From positions 238,653 to 302,652 of the forward strand of contig DBQA01000007.1 in assembly GCA_002305675.1 (NCBI GenBank): a stretch of DNA of 64,000 nucleotides. The letters run 5' to 3'. Below the pieces are notes generated by a model. The model ran no database searches. It saw only the letters and a list, made by a program, of their open reading frames with translations, and was not told where the DNA came from. The stretch is from Patescibacteria group bacterium UBA1406 (GTDB lineage: Bacteria; Patescibacteriota; Microgenomatia; UBA1406). Position numbers and translations under genes: made by a program. Shown one piece after another: positions 42,392 through 51,885 of this stretch (its first letter is position 1; each line of letters starts with the position of its first letter).

Positions 42392-43228
42392 ATGGCCAAA
42401 AATCACCTTTTCTTTTCCGTTATCATCCCCACCCTCAATGAAGAAAAATATCTGCCCCTTCTTCTGAAAGACCTGGAAAAACAAACCTTCAGGGACTTCG
42501 AGGTTCTGGTCACCGACGGCGGTTCGACCGACAAGACCCTTACGAAGGGTAAACTGTTCGAGTCCCGCTTGCCTTTGTCCGTCTTCGTCAACAAAAAAAA
42601 GAACGTTTCCCTGCAGAGGAACTTTGGCGCCAAACATGCGCGTGGGCAGTACCTCATCTTTTTTGATGCTGACGTCCGTATTCCCGCGGGCTTTCTGAAA
42701 AAACTGTCCCTGAGCATCAATAAGAACAAGGGCCTCCTGTTCACAACCTACCTTCTGCTGAAGAACAAACCGCAAACACAAATCATCCTGACGGAGCTGA
42801 CCAATTTCATCATTGAAACGTTCAATATGCTCGGCAAGCCCTTTGCCCCGGGTTTCAACATCATCGTGGAAAAGGATCTCTTCCACAAGCTTGGCGGGTT
42901 CGACCACACGCTGAAGCTGGCGGAAGACCACGACCTGGTCCAGAGAGCCAGAAAGATGGGAGTGCTCTTGAAGGTGCTCAAGGAGCCCAAGCTTTATCCT
43001 TCGTTCAGAAGACCGGAGAAGATCGGTTATCTGAGGTTCCTGACCCAGTATGCGGTGGCCGGACTCTACTCTTTTGCCGGCGAGCCCATCCGGAAAGAGC
43101 TTTTCGATTACCCGATGGGCGGCCACCTTTATAGCGGTGACAAGGAAATGAAAAATACCCAGAACTTTCTGAACTTCTTCCGCCAAAAGGTCGGCCAGAT
43201 CACCCGGAACATCGATCTGCCATTCTAG
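42392..43228 (+). CDS. family 2 glycosyltransferase
   Basis: It has FSVIIPTLNEEKYL, VTDGGSTDKT and the DxD motif FFDADV. TAAAAT (42380-42385) lies 6 nt upstream of the ATG. Confidence 0.8.
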   Translation: MAKNHLFFSVIIPTLNEEKYLPLLLKDLEKQTFRDFEVLVTDGGSTDKTLTKGKLFESRLPLSVFVNKKKNVSLQRNFGAKHARGQYLIFFDADVRIPAGFLKKLSLSINKNKGLLFTTYLLLKNKPQTQIILTELTNFIIETFNMLGKPFAPGFNIIVEKDLFHKLGGFDHTLKLAEDHDLVQRARKMGVLLKVLKEPKLYPSFRRPEKIGYLRFLTQYAVAGLYSFAGEPIRKELFDYPMGGHLYSGDKEMKNTQNFLNFFRQKVGQITRNIDLPF

Positions 43229-43917
43229 GCATATGTCCTCAGCAGGGAGACGGCAAAAACTTCCCTCGCTCCTCCCCCATAAAGAACCTTAGCAGCCTCT
43301 TTGATGGTGGAGCCGGTGGTGACAACGTCGTCTACCACCACTACCCGCTCTCCCCTGACCAGATTGTTCTTTCTGAGCCTGAATGACATGTTCAAATTCT
43401 GTCCTCTTTCCCGAGAGTCAAGTTGCGACTGCTTCCGGGTAGGCCTGATTTTTTCCAGGGGTTCGGCCATTTTCAGCCTTAGATAACGATTCAGGCAGGC
43501 AGCGATATCCCTGGCCTGATTGAATCCCCTTGACAAGCCATCTCCCCGGTAAAGGGGAATGTGGGTGATGACCGACCCGCCAAGAAGACGGCCAAGGTCC
43601 AGAAGACCGTAGAAATATTCCGGACTTATATGGTTAATAAGGTAGGAAAGCATCGCCCTGTTCGGCCGGTATTTCGCCCCTTTAACCGCCTTAATGAGAG
43701 GGCCCTGGTAGGCAAACAAAGAGTAGACTCCGCTTATATCCATCGGTTTGCGGCAAGAGGGGTGCGTGAAACCATGAACGGAAGGTTGTCGGCAATTCAG
43801 GCACCGCTGGGGATGGAATTGACCGGTCTGGCGAAGGCATCTTGGACAAAAAGGAACACCGGGACTGCCGCAACCGGCACAGAAATGAGGGAATAGCAAA
43901 CGCCAAAGGCCGTCCAT
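43225..43917 (-). CDS. comFC: ComF-family protein (phosphoribosyltransferase-like, competence)
   Basis: It has an N-terminal four-Cys motif CAGCG...CPRC and the C-terminal PRTase motif VVVVDDVVTTGST. It lies directly downstream of recA. Confidence 0.75.
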   Translation of the reverse strand: MDGLWRLLFPHFCAGCGSPGVPFCPRCLRQTGQFHPQRCLNCRQPSVHGFTHPSCRKPMDISGVYSLFAYQGPLIKAVKGAKYRPNRAMLSYLINHISPEYFYGLLDLGRLLGGSVITHIPLYRGDGLSRGFNQARDIAACLNRYLRLKMAEPLEKIRPTRKQSQLDSRERGQNLNMSFRLRKNNLVRGERVVVVDDVVTTGSTIKEAAKVLYGGGAREVFAVSLLRTYA

Positions 43918-43933
43918 CTTGGGGGAGCGATGT

Positions 43934-44923
43934 TTAGGCTCCTTTTTTCAGGGTTTCTTCCTTTATTCTCTGTAGCAGCTTGCCGTCTGCATGAATGGCC
44001 TCCTTGGCTGCCTCCACCCCCTGCCCCAGGGTAGTTTCGCCGTACTTGATGAAGGCGCCGTTTTTTGACAGGACACCCTGAGCCAGGGCGGCCTCTACCA
44101 CTGCCCCCTCCTTATCCACGCCTTTGGAGGTGATGACCACCTCTGCCTCTTTGAACGGAGGGGCCAGTTTGTTCTTGATGACCTTGATACGGGTTTTGGT
44201 GCCGACCACCACATCGCCCTTCTTCATCACCTGGATCCTCCTGATGTCCATCCTGACCGAAGAGTAGAACTTCAGCGCCAATCCTCCGGGCGTGGTTTCC
44301 GGGTTGCCGAAGAAAACCCCTATCTTCTGTCTGATCTGATTGGTGAAGATGGCAGTGGTTTTCGACTTGGAAAGCACGCCGGTCAGCTTCCGCAAAGCCT
44401 GGGACATCAGCCTCGCCTGGACACCGATGGATGATTCTCCCATCTCCCCCTCTATTTCCGACCTGGGGACAAGGGCGGCCACAGAGTCGACCACGACCAG
44501 GTCTACCCCGCCGCTTCTCACTAACGTTTCGGCTATTTCAAGCGCCTGTTCGCCGGTGTCGGGTTGGGAAACCAAGAGGTTATCCAGGTCCACTCCTATA
44601 ATCTTGGCCCAAGCCGGGTCCAGGGCGTGTTCGGCGTCAATGAAGGCGGCCACTCCTCCGGCCCGCTGGGTCTCGGCCATGATGGATAGGCTGATGGTAG
44701 TTTTACCCGAAGCCTCGGGGCCAAAGATCTCGACCACTCTCCCCTTGGGCAATCCGCCCACACCCAGGGCTATATCGAGGGAAAAGATCCCGGTAGGTAT
44801 GGTTTCGATTTTTTCTATAGGCTTTTCGCCAAGCTTCATGATCGCCCCCTTGCCGTACTGTTTCTTTATCTGCTCCATGGCGAGTTTGACCGCCTCTTGT
44901 TTGGGATTGCTTTTGTCTGTCAT
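43934..44923 (-). CDS. recA: recombinase RecA
   Basis: 329 aa from [33 protein letters not shown]. The Walker A motif is GPEASGKTT. The 22-codon extension to 44989 is hydrophobic and unlike RecA. Confidence 0.93.
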   Translation of the reverse strand: MTDKSNPKQEAVKLAMEQIKKQYGKGAIMKLGEKPIEKIETIPTGIFSLDIALGVGGLPKGRVVEIFGPEASGKTTISLSIMAETQRAGGVAAFIDAEHALDPAWAKIIGVDLDNLLVSQPDTGEQALEIAETLVRSGGVDLVVVDSVAALVPRSEIEGEMGESSIGVQARLMSQALRKLTGVLSKSKTTAIFTNQIRQKIGVFFGNPETTPGGLALKFYSSVRMDIRRIQVMKKGDVVVGTKTRIKVIKNKLAPPFKEAEVVITSKGVDKEGAVVEAALAQGVLSKNGAFIKYGETTLGQGVEAAKEAIHADGKLLQRIKEETLKKGA

Positions 44924-44982
44924 ATCCCCTAGGATACCAAAAACGAGCAAACGAATGCAAGGGTATATAGTCGGCAATACAT

Positions 44983-45010
44983 TTGACAAGACCCTTAACT
45001 TGGCTATAAA
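44983..45010 (+). promoter_or_regulatory. sigma70-type promoter TTGACA-N16-TATAAA
   Basis: -35 at 44983-44988 and -10 at 45005-45010. The ATG at 45019 lies 8 nt downstream. Confidence 0.5.
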
Positions 45011-45018
45011 CTGTTCTT

Positions 45019-47019
45019 ATGAGGCGCATCTTTTTTATTTCCCTTCTTGTTGCCTTTGGAGTATTGTTAGGGATGGGATCGCCCGTCAAAGCCCAGGAAC
45101 AGAACATCCTGCTTGTATGTCTGGACGCATATATCCCCAATGATCCGGCGGACTCCATTGCCCGGCAAAAATGGGCCGGCCGCAAATTCGATGATGTTTC
45201 GGACCAGATATGGGCGGAGACATGTGAGGGCGGGGTTGCCTGCGGGCACCGGTGGCACGTTTGGAGAAGCGGTGGAGTGGACTATGGCCATGTACTGATG
45301 GGTAAAACCAAGCCAGGCACGGCTTTGGTGGCCGGACAGGATGTGAAGATCGTCCGTCGGACCCAGGTCGAATGGTGCGCCAAAAACGTGACCACCTCCT
45401 GCGAGCCCTGTTTCCCCGGTGATGGACAGAGGGTCGAAGACGTCTGCCGCAAATGCGACCCGCGGGCGGGAGACACCTGCACCAAAACCGAATGCGCCGT
45501 TGACCAGAATGACAGATCTTTCTGCACCGATGTCCCCAACGCTTCAGGGGGTGATATATATAAGGTATTTGAGCGTTCTGCCGGGACAATCAAGCCCGAG
45601 GCCGACGGTTCTCTGACCGTTCCCCATGTCCAAAGCTATACCCGGGTCGGGGCCATCCACCGCCTGCTCGCTGTCCAGTTCCTGAGCGGCAATACCGGCA
45701 GCCAATCCGAAGCACTCACCAATGCGCTGAAACTGGCCACCTTCACTCCGGAGGCCATTCCCGAGGAAGGGGCGGCGGACTGCGTTACCGTCTACTGGGA
45801 TCCATACGGCCGTATCATAGATACCAAGACCCTGGAACCAATCAAGAGCGTGGATGTTTTGCTGCGGAACCTGGACCAGAACGGAAAGATCATTAAGACG
45901 GAAGTCCCGGGCAACCCCTTCTTCCAGAACCCATTCAAAACCAGGGCAGACGGTATTTTTACCTTTGCGGTTAACCCTGGCACCTATTTTCTACTGCCCA
46001 CTCACCGCGACTTCATCTTTCCCATAGACGAACAACTGGTCTCCGACACCGTCGCCCGGCTTCTGCAGTTCGACCCCCGCGGCGAGTACGTGGACACGAA
46101 CAAGATATATCGGGATATCACCGAACCCATCCAGGAAAAGGCCGGAAAGGCGGAGAGGCGGGACATTCTCATGCAACCCAAAAATGAAAACTATGCCGGG
46201 TCGGTGGCGGAGGTGGTCTATGCCGATCTGACAAAGTCCGGCAGCAACCAGATCGTCGACGGGATTGCCTCTCATCCGAAGAGCATTGTCAAAGCCAGCG
46301 TCAATGGCCGTATTGTTGCCCAAACCCAGGCCGACCTGAGGGGCATATTCAAGCTGAGCATCCCCTCCTCACTCCTGACCAATGAGAACGACAGCGTCGC
46401 TCTTTCCGTAGAGAAAGTTCCCATCGGCCAGCTGCAAAGTGTCCCGGAAAGCCAGCCCCCCTACCTTCTGGCCTCGGTACCGAACTATGTGGGGGGGTAT
46501 GCCTTCAACACCAAGATGCAGACGGTTCCGAATGCCCAGGTGGATGTCGTGGTCCCCTCTATGGGTAACCTGGTCTACAGCACCGTCAAGGCAGACAATA
46601 ACGGCTATGTCTATATCCCCCAGAACAAAATCCCTCCTTACGGCTTTACCCTAAAGATCAAGGATGGTAGAAGTGGCCAGCCCCTGGAGCAAACCCTTGC
46701 CCAGTTCAAAAAAGCCAATAGCGTATATTTTGCCGAAACGGGGAACAACTTATACTCCCAGCAACATACCCCGCCGTCCGAAAACGTCCTTAGCAAGGTC
46801 CGCACCGACACACCCAAACTGGTCGCCTCGAGGGACGCCTTCACCTTCCGCAGCCAAGGAAATCCCTCATCCGCAAGAGAGGGGGGTGCGGTGACCGAAA
46901 CCACCCAGGGCTCGACCAACCTTGGCTTCGTACTGGTTTTCTTCCTGATAATCGGGGCGGCGGTTGGTATAATTGTGCTCGTCGGAAAAATGAGACAAGG
47001 CAGCAAAATGACCTATTGA
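45019..47019 (+). CDS. large surface protein: signal peptide, Cys-rich N-domain, carboxypeptidase-regulatory/Cna-B-like beta-sandwich modules, C-terminal TM anchor
   Basis: 666 aa. The signal peptide is MRRIFFISLLVAFGVLLGMGSPVKAQ. About 18 Cys fall in the first 250 aa. The segment DPYGRIIDTKTLEPIKSVDVLL...ADGIFTFAVNPGTYFL is typical of such modules. The C-terminus is LGFVLVFFLIIGAAVGIIVLVGKMRQGSK. Confidence 0.6.
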   Translation: MRRIFFISLLVAFGVLLGMGSPVKAQEQNILLVCLDAYIPNDPADSIARQKWAGRKFDDVSDQIWAETCEGGVACGHRWHVWRSGGVDYGHVLMGKTKPGTALVAGQDVKIVRRTQVEWCAKNVTTSCEPCFPGDGQRVEDVCRKCDPRAGDTCTKTECAVDQNDRSFCTDVPNASGGDIYKVFERSAGTIKPEADGSLTVPHVQSYTRVGAIHRLLAVQFLSGNTGSQSEALTNALKLATFTPEAIPEEGAADCVTVYWDPYGRIIDTKTLEPIKSVDVLLRNLDQNGKIIKTEVPGNPFFQNPFKTRADGIFTFAVNPGTYFLLPTHRDFIFPIDEQLVSDTVARLLQFDPRGEYVDTNKIYRDITEPIQEKAGKAERRDILMQPKNENYAGSVAEVVYADLTKSGSNQIVDGIASHPKSIVKASVNGRIVAQTQADLRGIFKLSIPSSLLTNENDSVALSVEKVPIGQLQSVPESQPPYLLASVPNYVGGYAFNTKMQTVPNAQVDVVVPSMGNLVYSTVKADNNGYVYIPQNKIPPYGFTLKIKDGRSGQPLEQTLAQFKKANSVYFAETGNNLYSQQHTPPSENVLSKVRTDTPKLVASRDAFTFRSQGNPSSAREGGAVTETTQGSTNLGFVLVFFLIIGAAVGIIVLVGKMRQGSKMTY

Positions 47020-47027
47020 CGTTTATT

Positions 47028-47642
47028 ATGCAGACTTTCGTTATCGATACCAATTTCTTTATCAACCTCCAGCGCCCCTTGGAACTAGGCCAAAACAAGG
47101 AGCAGGTAGTGGAGAACTTTGTCAAGGAAGTGACACCCCTGGTCAAGGAAGGGACCATAGAGGTCCTGACCACCCCCGAATCGCTTACGGAGATCGGGTC
47201 TTTTTTTGAGACCACCAAGGAGGTTGAGGGACTGCAGAAAGTGGTCGTCGTGGCCAGCCCCAATACCAGTGATCTGAAGCTCAGCGCGATCCTTTTCCGG
47301 GACCTGGTGGCAGAGATCGGCAAAAGACTGTACCGCGCCCTAAGGATGACCGAGGAGCCGGTCAAAGAACTTTTGGGCAAGGAGCCGGTCAAGGACCGTG
47401 AGACCGAGCAGAAATATATCGGCGAGTTGAGGGCAAAGTACCGCCGGGCGACCAGGGAGGGTTTCCTTGACTCCACGGTGGACCTAGACCTCATTCTCTT
47501 GGCCAGGGAGAGGAACGCAGTTCTCGTGACCTCTGACCAAGGCCTGCTAATGTGGGCCAGAAAATTCGGCTGTCAGGAGTTGATGCCGGAGCTGTTTGTT
47601 AAGAAGATCAGGCAGTTAGCCAAACCCGGTCACTCTCTCTAA
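47028..47642 (+). CDS. PIN-domain protein resembling the archaeal 'RNA ligase partner' (MJ_0950/UPF0278) family
   Basis: It starts MQTFVIDTNFFIN (PIN Asp). The central segment is LRAKYRRATREGFLDSTVDLDLILLARE and the C-terminus is VLVTSDQGLLMWARKFG. The match to UPF0278 is from memory only. Confidence 0.5.
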   Translation: MQTFVIDTNFFINLQRPLELGQNKEQVVENFVKEVTPLVKEGTIEVLTTPESLTEIGSFFETTKEVEGLQKVVVVASPNTSDLKLSAILFRDLVAEIGKRLYRALRMTEEPVKELLGKEPVKDRETEQKYIGELRAKYRRATREGFLDSTVDLDLILLARERNAVLVTSDQGLLMWARKFGCQELMPELFVKKIRQLAKPGHSL

Positions 47643-48122
47643 AAAAGAGGCAATTTTTTCGATGTCTGTTCTGGGAATCTTCTCAATATAAGGGGCCTTT
47701 TCCTTCAAAAACTCCACAATACCTGCCTTCTGCGGCTGGTCGGCCGGCAAAACTATAAAAAACTCGGCTACCGCCGGGAGCGAGGTAAATATACGTAACA
47801 ACTCCCCCTCCTTTTTTTTGACCACGGTGAATCCGCTGATGCTTGTATATGGAACGTTGGTCTCAAAAAACTGGATCCCGAACTTAGTGAGCTTGAAAAG
47901 GGTGGACGGCGGAGGAACCGTGGCCTTGACGTAAGCTACGAAAACCACCATCCAGACCAGGACTATCAGTAGGGTTTCGGACAGGAAGTAAAACAACAGG
48001 GACAATAGCACGCCGAGCGCCACAAGAGCCTTGAAATAACCCGCCGGCTTTTTTTCAAAATACCTTATCGGGGCCTCCCATTCGAAAAAAACTACGCTGC
48101 TTGTCTCTTTTTTTTGCGTCAT
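47616..48122 (-). CDS. two-TM membrane protein, unknown function
   Basis: 168 aa with two adjacent TM helices and a soluble C-terminal domain. The 3' end overlaps the PIN gene by 27 nt. Confidence 0.45.
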   Translation of the reverse strand: MTQKKETSSVVFFEWEAPIRYFEKKPAGYFKALVALGVLLSLLFYFLSETLLIVLVWMVVFVAYVKATVPPPSTLFKLTKFGIQFFETNVPYTSISGFTVVKKKEGELLRIFTSLPAVAEFFIVLPADQPQKAGIVEFLKEKAPYIEKIPRTDIEKIASFLERVTGFG

Positions 48123-48181
48123 AAAAATCAGTTTCTTAATGCTATACTTATATTCTAATTGTTTAGTCTCTGTTTTTGCAA

Positions 48182-48421
48182 ATGATCAAAAAGGACAGAA
48201 GGGAAAGGCGCGAAAAAGAGCTCCTTAACCTTTACGAAAACCGTTCCTCCAATGAGTTCCGGCTCAAAAAGAGGGCCAGAATAGTAAACAGTGGCCGGCC
48301 ATCCGGCGAAACCAGGCCCGAACCCCTTAGCCTTAAGGAGCTTTTTTATAGTTTGCTTCTTACTGCCACGATCATCGCCCTTCAGTTTGCGGCCTATTAT
48401 CTCCTTTACATGAGGGTGTAG
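48182..48421 (+). CDS. small basic tail-anchored protein, unknown function
   Basis: 79 aa from the ATG. A Lys/Arg-rich N-terminus is followed by one C-terminal TM helix. I saw no promoter or SD, so this call is weak. Confidence 0.3.
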   Translation: MIKKDRRERREKELLNLYENRSSNEFRLKKRARIVNSGRPSGETRPEPLSLKELFYSLLLTATIIALQFAAYYLLYMRV

Positions 48422-48991
48422 TTATTGAAGGGTGTCCTCTTTGCCGATCAACATCAGTCTGCTCTTCTGCAGTATCTCTACCAGAAAGGGGTCTTTGTTC
48501 TTCCGCCGGAATGTCAGTTCGTCGGGAGTCATAACACTGTAGTTGATCTCTATGCCAAGCCCCTCTCCCTCCTCCTTAGCCAGTTTGGCCACCTCGGCCA
48601 ACGAGACGTTGCCAACAATGAAAAGGTCCAACTCGTTATCGCGCCGCGGCCAAAACTGATAGTAGCTCGCGGTCAGGAAGGCCACTTTTATCTTCCCCAA
48701 CCTCAGTCTTTCTTTGATTATCCTCCCCCCAAGACCCGTTTCCTTGGCCACCATCCGCAACAACTCGTCATAGAATATGTAGTCGGGGTTCGTCCTGAAA
48801 AACACCTTTTTGCCAATCCTCTCCTTGTTCAGGACGCCCTGGCTCACCAAAGACAAGAGGGCTCCCCGGACCGAGTTGATCCTTTCTTTTACCAACCTCT
48901 CCGCTTCCCGCATGTGATGCCTCTGGTTGGGGTTTTGGAAGAAAAGCCTGATAAGCTTGGCTTTTGTCCGGCTGGAAAACAGTGTTTTCAT
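48422..48991 (-). CDS. winged-helix regulator with a C-terminal nucleotidyltransferase-like domain
   Basis: 189 aa from MKTLFSSRTKAKLIRLFFQNP. The wHTH part is ERINSVRGALLSLVSQGVLNKERIGKKVFF, followed by ELDLFIVGNVSL. The start lies 4 nt after the upstream gene. Confidence 0.45.
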   Translation of the reverse strand: MKTLFSSRTKAKLIRLFFQNPNQRHHMREAERLVKERINSVRGALLSLVSQGVLNKERIGKKVFFRTNPDYIFYDELLRMVAKETGLGGRIIKERLRLGKIKVAFLTASYYQFWPRRDNELDLFIVGNVSLAEVAKLAKEEGEGLGIEINYSVMTPDELTFRRKNKDPFLVEILQKSRLMLIGKEDTLQ

Positions 48992-48995
48992 GTTG

Positions 48996-50132
48996 TTAGT
49001 ACCCAACTTGGTTCCCTGTGGGTAAAACCTCGAACCAAATCTGGCCCCTGACAAACTCAACCTCTTTCCCGGCCTCGTCATAGACCATAATCTGGGAGAA
49101 CCGGTCGTCCTTAGCCCATGTGGCCGGAATGGCTTTCCCGTTTTGGAAGACTATCGCCTCTCCTTCGCCCGTCGTGCCATAGAGGAGGTGCTGTCCCTGG
49201 TCGTAGCCGTCGTTGGCCACGGATTCATCCATGAAAAGCATTACGACATTCTTGGCTTCCAGGGGCTCGTCCGTGTTTTTGTCGGTGTGGGGATTCTGGC
49301 CATAGTGCCGGACAAAAACATTCCTGTTTTTGTCATAGACCCATCTGACGGTGAAATTGGTGTAGTTCTCCCAGAAACCGTGGGTAACCACCATCCTGCT
49401 AGGCCTTGATTCGAGCGGGGCATCATCTTTGAAACTCCACTTTTGGAATCCTTCGTCCCACGCCTCGCCCTTTTTATCCTTTTTAGCCAGGCCCCGTTCT
49501 GCTCCCTCATCCCACAGTTTGTAGGTGTTGCTGTACATGGTGTGCTCTGTGGCAACGCCGGGCAGCCGCTCATAGTCCCGCCAAAAGACCGGGAAACCAA
49601 TTGAGAATTGGCTGAGGTCGTTATACCTGTCCCACCCCATTTTGGCAATCTGTCCCAGTGCATCGGCCGGTCCCGGCGTATTGGCTCCGCCGACATGGGC
49701 ATAGAGTGGGTAATTGCCAAAACCGCCAATGAAGTCTAGAAAATACACCCTGGCGCTTCTGACGGGCCCGACCGTTTCCACTCCCCGGCAATAGTAAACC
49801 GCCAGGAAACGGGTGATGCCCCCTTCTGCCACCGCCTCAAAAATGACATCCGCCTGCGATAGTCCGGATTGCGGCCGGGAATCCAGGGAGTTCTCCACCA
49901 TAACCCCCAAAGGCCTTCTCTCCTCCCATGCCTGCTTGTCGGCTTCAGAGTAGAAGGCCCCGTTCAAAGGACACTCCTCGGTCTTTTTAGCGTCCGTGGT
50001 GGTGTTATTACCGAACAGAAAACGGTCTCGAAGAAAGGAGCGGCCGCTACTGCTTTGGTCAACAAAATAAAAAAAGGATAGAGCGGAAAAAACCAGGTAA
50101 ACCAGGATTAAAGAAATTGTTTTTTTATTCAT
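48996..50132 (-). CDS. DUF3048-domain secreted/lipoprotein-like protein (YerB-like)
   Basis: 378 aa with an N-terminal signal-anchor. The segments RPLGVMVENSLDSRPQSGLSQADVIFEAVAEGGITRFLAVYY match the DUF3048 pattern as I recall it. Confidence 0.6.
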   Translation of the reverse strand: MNKKTISLILVYLVFSALSFFYFVDQSSSGRSFLRDRFLFGNNTTTDAKKTEECPLNGAFYSEADKQAWEERRPLGVMVENSLDSRPQSGLSQADVIFEAVAEGGITRFLAVYYCRGVETVGPVRSARVYFLDFIGGFGNYPLYAHVGGANTPGPADALGQIAKMGWDRYNDLSQFSIGFPVFWRDYERLPGVATEHTMYSNTYKLWDEGAERGLAKKDKKGEAWDEGFQKWSFKDDAPLESRPSRMVVTHGFWENYTNFTVRWVYDKNRNVFVRHYGQNPHTDKNTDEPLEAKNVVMLFMDESVANDGYDQGQHLLYGTTGEGEAIVFQNGKAIPATWAKDDRFSQIMVYDEAGKEVEFVRGQIWFEVLPTGNQVGY

Positions 50133-50149
50133 GGTTTGTTTATTATAAC

Positions 50150-50605
50150 TTATGCGTTCAGTTTGTTGGCCCTGAGAATCGCCTCCTTCTCCTCCCTGGA
50201 AAGGTCGATGTCCTTTCCTTTGGCCCCAACCACTTCTTTAACGTATGTCCTGACCCCCTCCCGCGTGTAAAGGAAGGTAACCACTAGGCCGTTATCCTCG
50301 TCTGTCAAAAGGGCCAAGGAGTAGCTTTGTTCGCCCCCCAGTCTCTCAAATGGGTTAAACCTCACGATACCCATCTTTTGGAAATTGTGCTTGGCCTCCT
50401 CCTGATGCCGCTTCATATGGTCCCCCAAAAGTCGCAGCTCCTTTTCCAGACGGTCGCTTTTATATATGCTCTCCTCCACGATTTGCCTGAATCCCCGTCC
50501 CCGCTGTGAGAAAACCCGGCTCAGCGAGAACCACAAATAAAACAAGAAGACCGTCAGGAGGGCGTTCCAGGCTAGAATGATCCAGAAATATATCCCTATA
50601 TCCAT
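50150..50605 (-). CDS. DUF4446-family membrane protein
   Basis: 151 aa from MDIGIYFW. One TM helix is followed by GIVRFNPFERLGGEQSYSLALLTDEDNGLVVTFLYTREG. TACAAT (complement of 50612-50617) lies 6 nt upstream of this ATG. Confidence 0.6.
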   Translation of the reverse strand: MDIGIYFWIILAWNALLTVFLFYLWFSLSRVFSQRGRGFRQIVEESIYKSDRLEKELRLLGDHMKRHQEEAKHNFQKMGIVRFNPFERLGGEQSYSLALLTDEDNGLVVTFLYTREGVRTYVKEVVGAKGKDIDLSREEKEAILRANKLNA

Positions 50606-50657
50606 GTTTATATTGTAGATTTTGGGGAACAAAAAAGCAAAACAAAAGATGGCGCCG

Positions 50658-51767
50658 TTATTCCTGGGTTCGGATGGGCATAATTATGTGTAGAAAGCCT
50701 TTTTTACCCGCCTCCTTGAAAACTCCCGGGGCAAACGGGTTGGTCATTTCAAAAACCACCTCTTCACTACCCAGAACACCCAGGAGGTCGGTCACAAACC
50801 GGTGGTTGAGGGTGATCTTGTTTTCTTTGCCCTCCCTCTCCACAAACGGGACCCTGAAGTTGGCCTCTCCCGCGGATGAGCTTGAGGAAGAGACGGTCAG
50901 GGTGTCCGTAGCCGCATTAAAGATGACCATGTTGGAACCCTCCCTGGCAAAAAGAGAGGTTGTCCTGAGAGCGTTTACCAGATCCTCTTTTTTCAGGACC
51001 CCCCTGGTCTCATTATCTTGAGGAACCACCTTTTCGTAAGGGGGGTACTCCCCGTCCAACAACCTAATAAAGACGCTGACGTCTTCTCCGGAAAAGACCA
51101 CCCCCCCCTCGTCTGGTAAATACCGCGCAGAGGGTGCCTTATTACCGAAAACCTTCAAAACAGATACCAGGCTCCGGGCGGGGACAACCATCCGGTCCAT
51201 CCCCAGATCGGTTTTGATTTTTTTGTCGTATACCAGGAGAGACATTCTAAAACCGTCCGTTCCCACCACCCTGGTTTCGCCGTCCAAAAAATCAAAACAG
51301 GCCCCTGTCAATATCGGCCTGGTATCATCGGTCGCACAACTGAAGACCACCCTCCTTAAGACCTCTTCATTAAATAGGCCCGGGTCAATCTCCTTACCCC
51401 CTGAGAGCTTGGGGGCGGCCGGGAATTCCTTTTCCCCAAATAAGGGAATCCTTACCCTCCCCGACCGGCTGGACACCACCAACGACCCACCCTCCTCCTT
51501 GAGGTCTATTTTTGTGTCGGGGATGTTTTTCACAATCTCGAACAGGGTTTTGAAATCGACCAAAACGCCCCCCTCGTGCCCGAGTTTTCCACCAAGTTCC
51601 CCGCTGAAAAATTCGTTCACATTGGTGGTCTTGATCAAGACGCCATCCTTCCTCGCCTCTATCAGAACACCTTTCAGAACCCTGATGTCGTTTATCTTGT
51701 TCGAAATGAAAAGCCCCGCTTTTTGGAGAATTTCAACCAATCGCTCTCGTACTAGGGTTATATTCAT
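50658..51767 (-). CDS. dnaN: DNA polymerase III beta subunit (sliding clamp)
   Basis: 369 aa, the length of a three-domain clamp, immediately downstream of dnaA. The N-terminal segment ...LQKAGLFISNK...VLKGVLIEA is clamp-like. Confidence 0.88.
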   Translation of the reverse strand: MNITLVRERLVEILQKAGLFISNKINDIRVLKGVLIEARKDGVLIKTTNVNEFFSGELGGKLGHEGGVLVDFKTLFEIVKNIPDTKIDLKEEGGSLVVSSRSGRVRIPLFGEKEFPAAPKLSGGKEIDPGLFNEEVLRRVVFSCATDDTRPILTGACFDFLDGETRVVGTDGFRMSLLVYDKKIKTDLGMDRMVVPARSLVSVLKVFGNKAPSARYLPDEGGVVFSGEDVSVFIRLLDGEYPPYEKVVPQDNETRGVLKKEDLVNALRTTSLFAREGSNMVIFNAATDTLTVSSSSSSAGEANFRVPFVEREGKENKITLNHRFVTDLLGVLGSEEVVFEMTNPFAPGVFKEAGKKGFLHIIMPIRTQE

Positions 51768-51885
51768 AACGTAGCTATTATAGTAAAACTGTGGAAAAGT
51801 TTAAAGCCGTTCCGACGGGCGAGGAAGAATCCTAATATGACGGGAGGGAGAGGGGTTTGAAAAATGTGGAAAACCATGTGGAAAA
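51768..51885. other. oriC part 2: DnaA-box cluster between dnaA and dnaN
   Basis: There are three identical TGTGGAAAA 9-mers (complement TTTTCCACA, one mismatch to TTATCCACA) at 51790-51798, 51865-51873 and 51877-51885. The last two are 12 bp apart in direct orientation. Confidence 0.6.

Noticed and set aside
42250-42441. A 63-aa plus-strand ORF between the pilin-like pair and the GT2 gene.
   Set aside because: It runs through the divergent promoter region and into the GT2 coding sequence. The opposite strand encodes a more convincing signal-anchor miniprotein (42192-42353).
44924-44989. A 22-codon extension of recA ([22 protein letters not shown]).
   Set aside because: It is hydrophobic and unlike any RecA N-terminus. 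The ATG at 44923 gives the canonical RecA start.
44340-45143. A 267-aa ORF antisense to recA, running into the recA promoter region.
   Set aside because: It has Ser/Pro/Thr-rich low-complexity composition and no promoter or start signal. It spans an intergenic region and part of the next gene's 5' end. recA itself is unambiguous.
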